Numbered from the stretch's first letter, positions 15,720 to 23,916 are shown. The stretch: DNA of 27,214 bases from a virus (IMGVR_UViG_3300030330_003749:1-27214); one strand, 5' to 3'. A program made the numbers and translations. The notes: generated from the sequence alone by a model not told the origin.

Positions 15720-17123
15720 ATGGCAGAAAAATTATCAGATAAATTAAAAACATTATTTAGAAGGGCAGACACTAGTCTTGGAAAAGGTGTAGATAAAGTT
15801 GGCTCTCTAAAAATTCCTAAAATTAAGGATTTGTTTTCTAAAACAAGAGGAGCACCTCCAGCAGGAGCTTATCCAAAAATGTCTGAATTCAAAGCATTTA
15901 AGGCAGGTCAATCATTTGCTGGTAAAAAAACACCTAGTAGTTCAAAAGCCTTAGTTACTGCAAAAAAAGCTAAACAGTTAAGAAATATTTCTAAATTAAA
16001 AACTGCTGGTAGAATTCTAACAAAAGGTGCAGTGCCTTTGACTGTAGGTTTTGAGGTAGCTAATATAGGATATCAACTAGCTACAAGAACACCAGAACAA
16101 AAGGCAAGAACAAAAGCATTAAAAGCTAAATTAAAAAAAACATCAACTAAAGATTATCATAGTGATCTTTTAAAAATGAAAGTAGGAGGAGATACAATGT
16201 TGAAAAAAATTCCAGAGGGACCTAAAGGTGAGGGTTTAAGAAAATTAAAAGCAGAAAGACCAGATGTAACAAAAAAAATGGGTTTTGCTAAAAAAGGTAA
16301 AATGTTAAAAGCTAGAGTAGGAAGATCTGTTGAAACAGCAGGATCTAAAATGGCTAAAAATCAAAATATGAGAAGAACATTAATTGCAAAATTAAGAGGT
16401 GCACAAATAGGTCCTAGTGAAGAATCTGAACTTAAAGGAATGACTAATCAAGATTTAAGAGACAAACTTAAAGAAAAGAAAATGTTAAAAGCAGACAAAG
16501 GCAAAATGATGAATTTTAAAGAATTTGTTAAAAAAGAATCAGGTGCTCAAGTAGGTCCAAATGAATTGGATAATTTGAGAAAAAAATATTTAAAAAAAAT
16601 TAGAGCTGCACAAGTTGGACCTGCCGAAGAAATGAAACTTATGGGTGGTAAAATGGATAAAATGAAAGATATGAAAATGTTTTCAGGTGGAGCTAAAAAA
16701 GGTAAAATGTTAAAAGCTAAATCAGGAGATATGGCTAAAATAAATAAAGTTGTTAAAGGTTTAAATAAAGCCTCTAAATTACATCAAGCTCAAGCTAAAA
16801 GTTTAAAAACAATCAAAGCATCTAAAGGAAAAAATGTAGATATTGATTTAATTGAAAAAATTGTAAAACAACCTATTGTAGGAACAGGAATGCTTACTCA
16901 AATGAAAGGGGCAGCTAAATCAGCTAAGAAAAAAAGAATTGGTGGTATGTCTTATGCTAATGTCGGCATGGCTGCAAAAAAAGTTAGAGAAAAAGAAATG
17001 ATGAAAGCATCTGAGGGAAAATCTGTTAGAGGTTATGGTGCAGCTAGAACATCAGGCATGGGTTTACAAGATGAACAATTAATACCAGGAAAATCTTTAG
17101 ATTATTATAAAGATTTAATGTAA
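15720..17123 (+). CDS. large Lys/Met-rich modular protein with internal repeats, possible virion-internal polyprotein
   Basis: 467 aa; repeated AKKGKMLKA and AQ(I/V)GP motifs; internal SD plus in-frame ATG at 16184-16199. Confidence 0.75.
   Translation: MAEKLSDKLKTLFRRADTSLGKGVDKVGSLKIPKIKDLFSKTRGAPPAGAYPKMSEFKAFKAGQSFAGKKTPSSSKALVTAKKAKQLRNISKLKTAGRILTKGAVPLTVGFEVANIGYQLATRTPEQKARTKALKAKLKKTSTKDYHSDLLKMKVGGDTMLKKIPEGPKGEGLRKLKAERPDVTKKMGFAKKGKMLKARVGRSVETAGSKMAKNQNMRRTLIAKLRGAQIGPSEESELKGMTNQDLRDKLKEKKMLKADKGKMMNFKEFVKKESGAQVGPNELDNLRKKYLKKIRAAQVGPAEEMKLMGGKMDKMKDMKMFSGGAKKGKMLKAKSGDMAKINKVVKGLNKASKLHQAQAKSLKTIKASKGKNVDIDLIEKIVKQPIVGTGMLTQMKGAAKSAKKKRIGGMSYANVGMAAKKVREKEMMKASEGKSVRGYGAARTSGMGLQDEQLIPGKSLDYYKDLM
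16287..16719 (+). repeat. 28-nt exact direct repeat GCTAAAAAAGGTAAAATGTTAAAAGCTA
   Basis: Copies at 16287-16314 and 16692-16719; a 25/28 copy at 2320-2347 in another gene. Confidence 0.9.
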
Positions 17124-17129
17124 TGAATT

Positions 17130-17825
17130 ATGGCTACGTCAGGTACATCAGCATTCGATTTAAATATCGATGACATTATTGAAGAAGCATACGAGAGATG
17201 TGGTATGCGGACTAATAGTGGTCGTGACTTACGAAGTGCAAGAAGAAGTTTAAATCTTTTATTTTCTGAGTGGGGTAACAGAGGTGTTCATCTTTGGAAA
17301 GTTTCCTTAAATGAAGTAGCGTTAGTAGCAGGAACTGCACAATATGCAGTAAATGAAAGTGTTAACGATGTTTTAGAAGCTTATATTTCAACAACGGCTG
17401 CAGCTAGTAATACTTCAACAACAAATGATATTTCGTTAACAAAAATTGATAGATCTGCGTATGCGGCTCTGCCAAATAAATTACAAACTGGACAACCTTC
17501 TCAATATTTTGTGGATAGACAAACAACACCTCAAATTTTTTTATATTTAGCTCCTGATGCAACAACTTTTACAACTTTAAAATTCTATACCATTGATAGA
17601 ATACAGGATGCTGGTGGATATTCAAATCAAGCTGATGTTGTTTATAGATTTTTACCATGCATGTGTTCTGGCCTTGCATATTATCTATCTGTAAAAAAAG
17701 CACCTGATAGAATTCAATTGTTAAAACAACTTTATGAGGATGAATTGTTAAGAGCATTAAATGAAGATGGTCAAAGAGCATCTGTCTATATTTCACCTCA
17801 AACATATTTTGGAGACGGTGTATAA
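17130..17825 (+). CDS. head-tail adaptor / tail tubular protein A-like
   Basis: IIEEAYERCG, ARRSLNLLFSEWGNRG, GQPSQY and GLAYYL: a helical-beta-helical adaptor pattern. Confidence 0.7.
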   Translation: MATSGTSAFDLNIDDIIEEAYERCGMRTNSGRDLRSARRSLNLLFSEWGNRGVHLWKVSLNEVALVAGTAQYAVNESVNDVLEAYISTTAAASNTSTTNDISLTKIDRSAYAALPNKLQTGQPSQYFVDRQTTPQIFLYLAPDATTFTTLKFYTIDRIQDAGGYSNQADVVYRFLPCMCSGLAYYLSVKKAPDRIQLLKQLYEDELLRALNEDGQRASVYISPQTYFGDGV

Positions 17826-18262
17826 TGAGTTTTGCAACTGGTAAAAGATCAAAAGCTATTTCTGATAGATCAGGTATGGAATATCCTTACAGAGAAATGG
17901 TAAAAGAGTGGAATGGATCTTTAGTTCACATTTCTGAGTTTGAACCAAAACATCCACAACTTGATCCACCATACCATAAAGCAGATGCTGTTGCTTTGAA
18001 AAATCCAAGAGTAATGAAATTTCAACAACCATCTCAAGAATTTTCGAATGATCAGACAATATCAGATTCAGGGGGAACTCCTGTTGGAGTAGCTAACTTA
18101 TCTTTACCAGGAGACTTTGCTTTTCGTACACAAGAATTTGAAGTAACATCTAATGGTATTACAACAACAATTCATAATATGGTTCCAGAAGATCCGTCAT
18201 TACAAAATAGAAGAAGAGAAATTTTAAGTAGTATTGGAAACGTGGGAGTAACTATTTCATAA
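17825..18262 (+). CDS. conserved-type tail-module protein (SDRSG..YPY, EFEPKHPQL)
   Basis: TAATG coupling at both ends. Confidence 0.7.
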   Translation: MSFATGKRSKAISDRSGMEYPYREMVKEWNGSLVHISEFEPKHPQLDPPYHKADAVALKNPRVMKFQQPSQEFSNDQTISDSGGTPVGVANLSLPGDFAFRTQEFEVTSNGITTTIHNMVPEDPSLQNRRREILSSIGNVGVTIS

Positions 18263-18915
18263 TGTCAATTACTCATGCAAATTTTCTAACTCAAGTAAGA
18301 GATTATACAGAAGTGGATAGTAATGTCCTTACTGATAGTATTATACAAGAATTTATTAGATCAGTCGAATTAGATGTAGCAGGAAAGGTAGATTATGATG
18401 ACTTAAGAAAATATGCTACGTCAAATTTTACAGCTGGTAACAGAGCTGTATCTCTACCCTCTGATGTTTTGATTTTAAGATCAGTAGAATTCATAGATTC
18501 TGGAGGTAATAGAACTTTTCTAGAAAAAAGAGACACAAGTTTTATATCCGAATTTAACGGTACAGGAAAACAAGGCACACCAAAATACTACGCTAATTAT
18601 GATGATTTTAATATTATTGTAGCCCCTACTCCTGCTACGGCTGATACTGTACAAATAAATTATATTAAAGATGCCCCAAATTTTACATCTTCAAACAATA
18701 CATTTTTATCAACTTATCAAGAATCTATGTTATTGCATGGAGTCTTAGCTGAAGCTTTTAGATTTTTAAAAGGACCTGACAATCTATACAACCTCTATAA
18801 TTCAAAGTATAATGAAGAAATACAAAATTTTGCCCTACAACAAATGGGTAGAAGAAGACGAGGGGAATATACAGACGGAGTTCCAAGAATAAAAGTCGAT
18901 TCTCCAAGTCCTTAA
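18262..18915 (+). CDS. second adaptor / ring protein
   Basis: GTPKYYA, VAPTP and LLHGVLAEA pattern, architecturally parallel to 17130..17825. Confidence 0.65.
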   Translation: MSITHANFLTQVRDYTEVDSNVLTDSIIQEFIRSVELDVAGKVDYDDLRKYATSNFTAGNRAVSLPSDVLILRSVEFIDSGGNRTFLEKRDTSFISEFNGTGKQGTPKYYANYDDFNIIVAPTPATADTVQINYIKDAPNFTSSNNTFLSTYQESMLLHGVLAEAFRFLKGPDNLYNLYNSKYNEEIQNFALQQMGRRRRGEYTDGVPRIKVDSPSP

Positions 18916-18931
18916 TTAAAGGAGAACAATT

Positions 18932-19378
18932 ATGGCTATAACAACAAACGCTATCTGTGATAGTTTTAAAAAAGAATTATTACAAGGTAAGCATGATTTT
19001 GATACTTCATCTGACACTTATAAGTTAGCGATGTTTACATCGTCTGCAACTTTAGGTAAATCAACTACAAACTATACTACACCTAATGAAGTTACATCAC
19101 CATCAGGATACACTGCAGGTGGAAAAGCTTTAGTAAACCAAGGTGTAAAAGTTTCATCTTCAGTAGCAATCACTGATTTTGCTGACTTGTCTTTTGTAGG
19201 AGTTACATTAACAGCTAGAGGAGCATTAATTTATAACACGACTACTGATGGTGGTTCAGGCACTACCGATGCAGTCGCTGTATTAGATTTTGGTGGAGAT
19301 AAAACTGCAACGTCAGGAACTTTTACAATTCAATTTCCTGCGTTCACAACATCTGCTGCTATTTTAAGATTAGCGTAA
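18932..19378 (+). CDS. putative tail structural protein
   Basis: SD AAGGAG; CDSFKKELL, GYTAGG, TARGALIYN and VLDFGGDK; T/A/G-rich. Confidence 0.65.
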   Translation: MAITTNAICDSFKKELLQGKHDFDTSSDTYKLAMFTSSATLGKSTTNYTTPNEVTSPSGYTAGGKALVNQGVKVSSSVAITDFADLSFVGVTLTARGALIYNTTTDGGSGTTDAVAVLDFGGDKTATSGTFTIQFPAFTTSAAILRLA

Positions 19379-19391
19379 GGATTAAAATGAT

Positions 19392-20369
19392 ATGGCCACT
19401 GGATGGGGACGAAAGACATGGGGAGCATCAGAATGGGGAGACCTATCTGACGAAATAGTCTCAGTCAGTGGCATATCAGGAACTTTTTCAATAGGATCAG
19501 TAACAAACACTGCTAACGCAGATATAGACGTTACTGGAATTCAATTAACATCATCACAAGGCACTACAGTCGGTGGAACTTCTGCTCTAATAGAAAATCC
19601 AGGTCCTGTAACAATGTCAATAGGTGTGGGAAGCTCAACTATTGGTATTGGTGTACCAGTAGGTAGTGTTTCTGCTACATTCAGTATTGGCACTGCTACA
19701 GTAGATGAATCCCAACTAACAGGTATTGGTTGGGGTAGAAAAACTTGGGGTAACCTTGCTTGGGGTGGTGCTTTTTCAGTTATAGCTACGGGACAAACTC
19801 TTACTTCATCAATTGGAGCAGCGATTGGAAAAACCGATGTATCGGTCTCTGTAACTAGTGCTGGTCAATTAACCTCTACTTTTGGAAGTTTTTCTTTACA
19901 GATAGATCAAGACATAACTGTATTTGCAGCAGAAGATCAACTTGATTTTACAATAGGTTCTTCAGATTTAGAGGGAGATGCATTAGTAGAAGTTACAAGT
20001 GCGGGTTCTTTAACTGGATCGATGGGAACAACAGTAGCTGGATTGAAAACTCCAGTTGATGTAACTGGTATTCAAATGACATCTTCCATAGGGGACATAA
20101 ATTTAATTCAAACAACTATTGAACAACCAAGTGGAATTCAAGCTACTATGTCTCTTGGGCAACATGCAGAAATCCCTGGTCAAATTGTAGGAGTTTCTGG
20201 TCTTCAGTTGACAGCTTCGTTGGATGATGTCACAATAACTGGAAATGGTTTAGTTGTACCATCAGGTCAACAATTAACTTCTAGTGTTGGTACAGTTAAC
20301 GTAACATCATGGCAAGAGGTAGATCTTGGAGTAAATAATACATGGACAGAGGTTGATTTAGCAGCTTAG
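19392..20369 (+). CDS. repeat-rich fibre-like structural protein
   Basis: About 12 degenerate repeats of V.V.G.Q.T.S.G and two GWGRKTWG motifs. Confidence 0.7.
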   Translation: MATGWGRKTWGASEWGDLSDEIVSVSGISGTFSIGSVTNTANADIDVTGIQLTSSQGTTVGGTSALIENPGPVTMSIGVGSSTIGIGVPVGSVSATFSIGTATVDESQLTGIGWGRKTWGNLAWGGAFSVIATGQTLTSSIGAAIGKTDVSVSVTSAGQLTSTFGSFSLQIDQDITVFAAEDQLDFTIGSSDLEGDALVEVTSAGSLTGSMGTTVAGLKTPVDVTGIQMTSSIGDINLIQTTIEQPSGIQATMSLGQHAEIPGQIVGVSGLQLTASLDDVTITGNGLVVPSGQQLTSSVGTVNVTSWQEVDLGVNNTWTEVDLAA

Positions 20370-20381
20370 CAAATGTATAAT
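20353..20381 (+). promoter_or_regulatory. sigma70-type promoter for the tail fibre genes
   Basis: TTGATT (20353-20358) - 17 nt - TATAAT (20376-20381), followed by SD AGGAG and the ATG at 20406. Confidence 0.7.
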
Positions 20382-20405
20382 ATGGTAGTTTAGGAGATAA
20401 AATTT

Positions 20406-21104
20406 ATGTCGAGTAGTTTTTCAAGCGATTTAAAACTAGAACTCATGGTAACTGGTGAAAATGCTGGTACTTGGGGAGACAACACAAATAATAATTTAAA
20501 TTTAGTTCAACAGGCAATTGCAGGATATCAAGAGATAGATGTAGCTTCATCAGATGTAGCTTTAGCTATGACTGATAAAACTATATCAAATGCTAGAAAT
20601 GCTACTTTAAAATTGACAGGAACATTAGCTGCTAACAGAACTGTTACAATACCAAACAGTATAGAAAAAGTATATAATGTAATTGATGGCACGGATCATG
20701 CGGGTTTTACATTAACTTTTAAAACAGTTAGTGGAACTGGTGTTTTACTTTGTGAGGGAAATTGTTATGTGCTTTATGCTGACGGAACAAATGTTGTGAA
20801 AGCAAACGAGTATAGAAAATGGAGAACTGTTAGTGCAGCAGAGACGGTTCAGGCAGGAGCAAAACTATTTGTTGAGACAAACGGAGGAGCAGTTACAATC
20901 ACACTACCAGCATCACCAGCAGTTGGCGATGAAGTGCATTTTGTAGATTCAAGATACACATTTGACACTGCAGCGTTGACTGTGGGTAGAAACAGCTCTA
21001 AAATAGCAAACGCATCATCTGACTTAGTGGTTAATACAGAAGGTGCAGCATTTGGATTAGTTTTTTCTGGTTCAAATGTAGGATGGACTTTTACGGATAA
21101 ATAA
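20406..21104 (+). CDS. tail fibre proximal protein with a C-terminal T4 gp9/gp10-like beta domain
   Basis: GENAGTWG N-terminal anchor; VTITLPASPAVGDEVHFVD...LTVGRN domain. Confidence 0.65.
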   Translation: MSSSFSSDLKLELMVTGENAGTWGDNTNNNLNLVQQAIAGYQEIDVASSDVALAMTDKTISNARNATLKLTGTLAANRTVTIPNSIEKVYNVIDGTDHAGFTLTFKTVSGTGVLLCEGNCYVLYADGTNVVKANEYRKWRTVSAAETVQAGAKLFVETNGGAVTITLPASPAVGDEVHFVDSRYTFDTAALTVGRNSSKIANASSDLVVNTEGAAFGLVFSGSNVGWTFTDK

Positions 21105-21105
21105 T

Positions 21106-21681
21106 ATGTCAAATTACGAAGCAACAAAATACGATTTTTCTGGAGCAAACCTTACTGGTATCGAGGGAATTCCAACGGCAACTATTGTGCCATGGTCTTC
21201 TGCTTCAGTACCAACAGGTTTTTTAGAATGCGATGGTTCAGCAGTTTCAAGATCAACTTACTCTGCCTTATTTGCAATAATAGGTACAACCTATGGTGTA
21301 GGAGACGGTGCATCAACTTTCAATGTTCCTAATCTATCAGATAATGTAGCGGTTGGTAAATCTAACAACAAAGCTTTAGGATCAACAGGTGGAGCAAACA
21401 CTGTTCAATCTACTGGAAATGTTGGAGGTTCAACAGCTAACCATACTTTATCAGAGGCAGAACTAGCCTCTCACTCACACGGTGGGGGTGCAAGTTTTCC
21501 ATTAAGAAGAGCACAGGTAGATCAACCTTCTTTTCCTAATATCCCCTTTGCTACTCCAGGTAGTACTTCAAGTGCAGGGTCTGGTACAGGTCATTCTCAC
21601 AATATGAGTGCAACTTTTACTGGTGATGCAACTTCAGTTTTACAACCTTTTTTAACTGTAATTTATATTATTAAAACTTAG
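21106..21681 (+). CDS. tail fibre with a phage tail collar domain
   Basis: VPTGFLECDGSAVSRSTYSALFAIIGTTYG.GDG..TFNVPNL collar motif; two HxH motifs; QPFLTVIYIIKT end. Confidence 0.85.
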   Translation: MSNYEATKYDFSGANLTGIEGIPTATIVPWSSASVPTGFLECDGSAVSRSTYSALFAIIGTTYGVGDGASTFNVPNLSDNVAVGKSNNKALGSTGGANTVQSTGNVGGSTANHTLSEAELASHSHGGGASFPLRRAQVDQPSFPNIPFATPGSTSSAGSGTGHSHNMSATFTGDATSVLQPFLTVIYIIKT

Positions 21682-21689
21682 GAGAAAAT

Positions 21690-22079
21690 ATGGCAACGAA
21701 TTCAACATGGACAGTAGTAATGGATGATAAAAAAATTATCAATCATACTATAAAAAATGAAGATGGTTATAGCATAGCTTACAAAATTTTGGATGATGAT
21801 GCTTTTTGGAATCAAAGTAAATTTGCAGATGTCTGGGCTATTCAATACGTTGCAGATAATTTAGATCATAATGATACTGTAGAGTACAGAGATGGTAAAC
21901 CTCATGCAACTTGGAATAACGCAAACTTAGGTGATTTTTCTGATTTCATAACAAAGTGGGATGCAGCTCATTTAGCTAAATTACAAGCTGATTGGGATGC
22001 AGATAATATAGAGGGTGAAAGCGAATCTGATAAGACAGCTAGATTAGGTGCAAGGCCTACATCTTATAGTTCATCTTAA
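21690..22079 (+). CDS. putative tail fibre assembly chaperone
   Basis: SD AGGAG; acidic and Trp-rich (WAIQY...VEY); directly follows the fibre gene. Confidence 0.55.
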   Translation: MATNSTWTVVMDDKKIINHTIKNEDGYSIAYKILDDDAFWNQSKFADVWAIQYVADNLDHNDTVEYRDGKPHATWNNANLGDFSDFITKWDAAHLAKLQADWDADNIEGESESDKTARLGARPTSYSSS

Positions 22080-22664
22080 TAACATCCAAGAAGTTAAAAT
22101 ATATTTTTTACCTGATAAGGGTGGGTTACCTCTGTGTACGTAAGGAAAAGCTGCTGGCCAAATAACTATTCTTCCCATCTTGGGTTTAATTCTTTTTGAA
22201 AAATGCAAAAATTCAGTTTCTCCTCCTTCCTCTACATCATTTAAATATATACTAAAAACAAAAGCTCTTGGTTCATTTTCAAATCCTTTTTGATGTTCTA
22301 CATGCCAAACATGATATCCCTCAGTTGGTAAAGTTTTTTGAATTTTTAAAGATGTAAAATTAAATGGCACACCATAAGCTTCCTTTGCTCCAGTAGTATC
22401 GATGTAATGTTTAAAAGCTAAATCATAATTAACCATCAAAGATTTTAAATCTTCCCACCAAAAATTTAGGTTAGCTTGACTTGCAAAAAATTGTTGATCT
22501 TGTTTTTGTAATATGGACGCTTTCTCCGAACTAATTCTATTTATTGTGTTGTTAAATTTGTCTTGATCTTCATATAATTTTATAGCTTTGTTACACTCAT
22601 CTTCAGATATATATCCGTCATATATACCAATAAAATTTTGTATTTTTACAGTTCTATTTATCAT
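22071..22664 (-). CDS. 2OG-Fe(II) oxygenase (prolyl 4-hydroxylase-like)
   Basis: WHVE, IYLNDVEEGGETEF, WPAAFPYVHRG and KYILTSW. Confidence 0.88.
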   Translation of the reverse strand: MINRTVKIQNFIGIYDGYISEDECNKAIKLYEDQDKFNNTINRISSEKASILQKQDQQFFASQANLNFWWEDLKSLMVNYDLAFKHYIDTTGAKEAYGVPFNFTSLKIQKTLPTEGYHVWHVEHQKGFENEPRAFVFSIYLNDVEEGGETEFLHFSKRIKPKMGRIVIWPAAFPYVHRGNPPLSGKKYILTSWMLLR

Positions 22665-23260
22665 TTATGTAAAAAACAATTTATGGAATATCTGGTCCCT
22701 TTAGTTATAGGTTCAGTCCCATGTATCCAAATGGGTTCTGCAGGAAATATCATACCATCGCCCGTCTTAAAAGAGTGTTTAATTTGACCATCAAAAAATC
22801 TAAAATCACCACCTTCATAATTTTCATTCAAGTTTAAAGTGCAAGAAGCTCTATTATAATCTAATCCAACATCTGCATGATCTTTAATACACTGACCCGT
22901 TTCATACTTTAAAATCCTTATATTATGAGAATTAGAAATCAATAAATTATTAAAACTAGGACAAAATTTATTTTGAATATATAAAACATAATTTTGTACC
23001 ATAATAGTGATATATTTTTTAGCAACATTTAAAGGGTCAATAAATGAAGAATCAGTTAAACTTTCTTTTGTTAGATTTAAACAACTAAAATTATCCTCGG
23101 CATAACTGTTTTCTTTATACTTATAACTTCCTTCTCTTCCTGTTTTAGATTTATTTTGTTCAAAAAATTCAATAAAAGCATTACAAACATTTGTGGGAAC
23201 AAGCCCATTTATATGATATTTAAGATCTATTATTCTAGCATTAAAATTTGTTTCTTTCAT
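22661..23260 (-). CDS. 2OG-Fe(II) oxygenase (prolyl 4-hydroxylase-like)
   Basis: DHAD, LNENYEGGDFRF, FPAEPIWIHG and RYS. Confidence 0.88.
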   Translation of the reverse strand: MKETNFNARIIDLKYHINGLVPTNVCNAFIEFFEQNKSKTGREGSYKYKENSYAEDNFSCLNLTKESLTDSSFIDPLNVAKKYITIMVQNYVLYIQNKFCPSFNNLLISNSHNIRILKYETGQCIKDHADVGLDYNRASCTLNLNENYEGGDFRFFDGQIKHSFKTGDGMIFPAEPIWIHGTEPITKGTRYSINCFLHK

Positions 23261-23290
23261 AATTTAAATAAGTTATATATAAATATTTAT

Positions 23291-23341
23291 ATGTTAGAAA
23301 ATATAAAATTCAAGCCTAGATTTAATAGTAAAAAATTGTGA
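23291..23341 (+). pseudogene. possible decayed duplicate of the 5' end of the nozzle gene (mini-ORF MLENIKFKPRFNSKKL)
   Basis: 23294-23326 matches 23929-23961 at 23/33 nt in the same codon phase; the stop overlaps the GTG of the next gene. Confidence 0.35.
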
Positions 23342-23871
23342 ATTTAGCATACTCAGTTCCTGGAAAAATTTGGTGGATAACAAATTTTTTAGATTATAAT
23401 ATGTATAAAGGTATTCATGATGCAATAATCAAAGAAAGAAAACAAATAAATTTACACTCCTCTAAGGGAATTTGGAATAATAATTTAATAAATAACATTG
23501 TACCCCCTCTTAGAAATCAAGTAACAAATTATCCACCTTTTGAAAAATTAAAAACTTTAGTGACTTTTAATCCATATTTTCAAATCGTTGATAAAAAAAG
23601 TATGAGTACTAATATTCATTATATGGAAAAAGGTTCTGGTATTAATTGGCATAATGATGGGGATTGGAAATATGGTGCTACCTTTTATATAAATTATAAA
23701 TGGAATAAGCAATGGGGTGGAGAATTTATGTTTTCTGATGCAAATGCTCATGGCTTTATACCAGTTGTTGGTAATTCATTAGTAATTGTAAAAACTCCGA
23801 TCGATCATAAAGTAACTCCTGTTTTAAGTCCTATTATGCCTAGAATATCTGTTCAAATGTTTGTTAAATAG
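23338..23871 (+). CDS. 2OG-Fe(II) oxygenase
   Basis: GTG start; WHND, YINYKWNKQWGGEF, HKV and RIS. Confidence 0.85.
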   Translation: MNLAYSVPGKIWWITNFLDYNMYKGIHDAIIKERKQINLHSSKGIWNNNLINNIVPPLRNQVTNYPPFEKLKTLVTFNPYFQIVDKKSMSTNIHYMEKGSGINWHNDGDWKYGATFYINYKWNKQWGGEFMFSDANAHGFIPVVGNSLVIVKTPIDHKVTPVLSPIMPRISVQMFVK

Positions 23872-23887
23872 ATCTGTGATCTGATTA

Positions 23888-23916
23888 TTTAAAACCTTAA
23901 TAAAAAATGATATAAT
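23888..23916 (+). promoter_or_regulatory. sigma70-type extended -10 promoter
   Basis: TTTAAA (23888-23893) - 17 nt - TATAAT (23911-23916) with a TGn extension; ATG 6 nt downstream, no SD. Confidence 0.65.

Noticed and set aside
16287-16719. 28-nt direct repeats as a CRISPR array, att sites or a DGR template/variable pair
   Set aside because: Only 2-3 widely spaced, in-frame coding copies; no regular spacers, cas, integrase or reverse transcriptase in the window.
69-21148. Numerous minus-strand ORFs in the track (e.g. 626..916, 4787..5155, 11044..11373, 13012..13485, 20849..21148)
   Set aside because: They lie antisense to well-supported, translationally coupled + strand genes and show no recognisable motifs; they are shadow ORFs.
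23156-23290. 5' part of + strand ORF 23156..23341
   Set aside because: It overlaps the minus-strand oxygenase and the AT-rich divergent spacer; only the last 16 codons were kept as a possible remnant.
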